A stretch of DNA of 63,919 nucleotides, the filler included, from Atractiella rhizophila (Eukaryota): the NCBI GenBank assembly GCA_021432655.1. It is 4 parts of 3 records of this genome, joined end to end, with 100 filler letters (N's around TTAATTAATTAA, not from the genome) between each part and the next. Parts side by side here need not be neighbours in the genome. Positions count along the whole stretch, not along the records: positions 62,429 to 63,919 come from MU271762.1; 3 more parts are not named here. The stretch is one strand, 5' to 3'. The notes under the pieces were generated by a model. It did no database searches and was not told where the DNA came from. It saw only the letters and a list, made by a program, of their open reading frames with translations. The translations under genes and the position numbers were made by a program. Numbering within the stretch: the first letter of the stretch is position 1; every line of letters begins with the position of its first letter. Of this stretch, positions 63,661 to 63,919 are shown in pieces.

Positions 63661-63919
63661 AACTGTCAACCATGTAACATGCTCCTCCTCCACTCATTTC
63701 CACAGGTGCTCATGCAAACCCGCGTGTTCCTTCCGCATCAATCTTTGTGAGCAGTCGACACATCATGAATGGCCTGTGTCAAACCCGTTGAATTCAAGCA
63801 CCTTGAGGGACCCGATGAAACATCCAATCGACCTCTTGGGGCCTTAGACATTCCACCTTGGAAGTCTCGCGTCATCATGGTACCACTGTAGCTCTAAGAT
63901 GACAGAATTTGAGAAATCA

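Overview
Intron-rich fungal genomic DNA, probably from a basidiomycete (inferred from ~45-60-nt GT-AG introns with CTRAY branch sites and from gene content), in a draft assembly with N gaps. The flanks hold conserved genes: TRM2 (3' end), kynureninase, RRP5 and a CAP/PR-1 protein on the left. On the right are an aquaglyceroporin, LEU4, a group-I G-alpha, an aldo-keto reductase, an Apc15-like gene, GAA1, a heme peroxidase, MIC26/27, a Fun30-type SNF2 ATPase, GGT, a PrpF-family isomerase, a thioesterase-like gene and a securin candidate. Between them lies an accessory zone (~10-22 kb) with an F-box gene, an HNH fragment, decayed ORFs and an MLKL-like helical-bundle gene next to a WW-domain gene. 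A repeat block (22.2-31.6 kb) follows: a non-coding foldback element whose arms carry 63-bp and 67-bp palindromic tandem repeats, then an intron-containing Penelope-like retroelement. The most striking observation is that 25035-28485 is the base-by-base complement, not the reverse complement, of the flanking sequence, which is almost certainly a gap-filling artefact. Decoded, it extends the Penelope-like ORF (LGNKFIP...ILVILTDKNLG...WY) and ends in TTAGGG telomeric repeats. Separately, several unusually long introns in housekeeping genes fold into nested stems that leave only ~55-62 nt outside the folded region. All family assignments come from motif recognition by eye; no searches were run.
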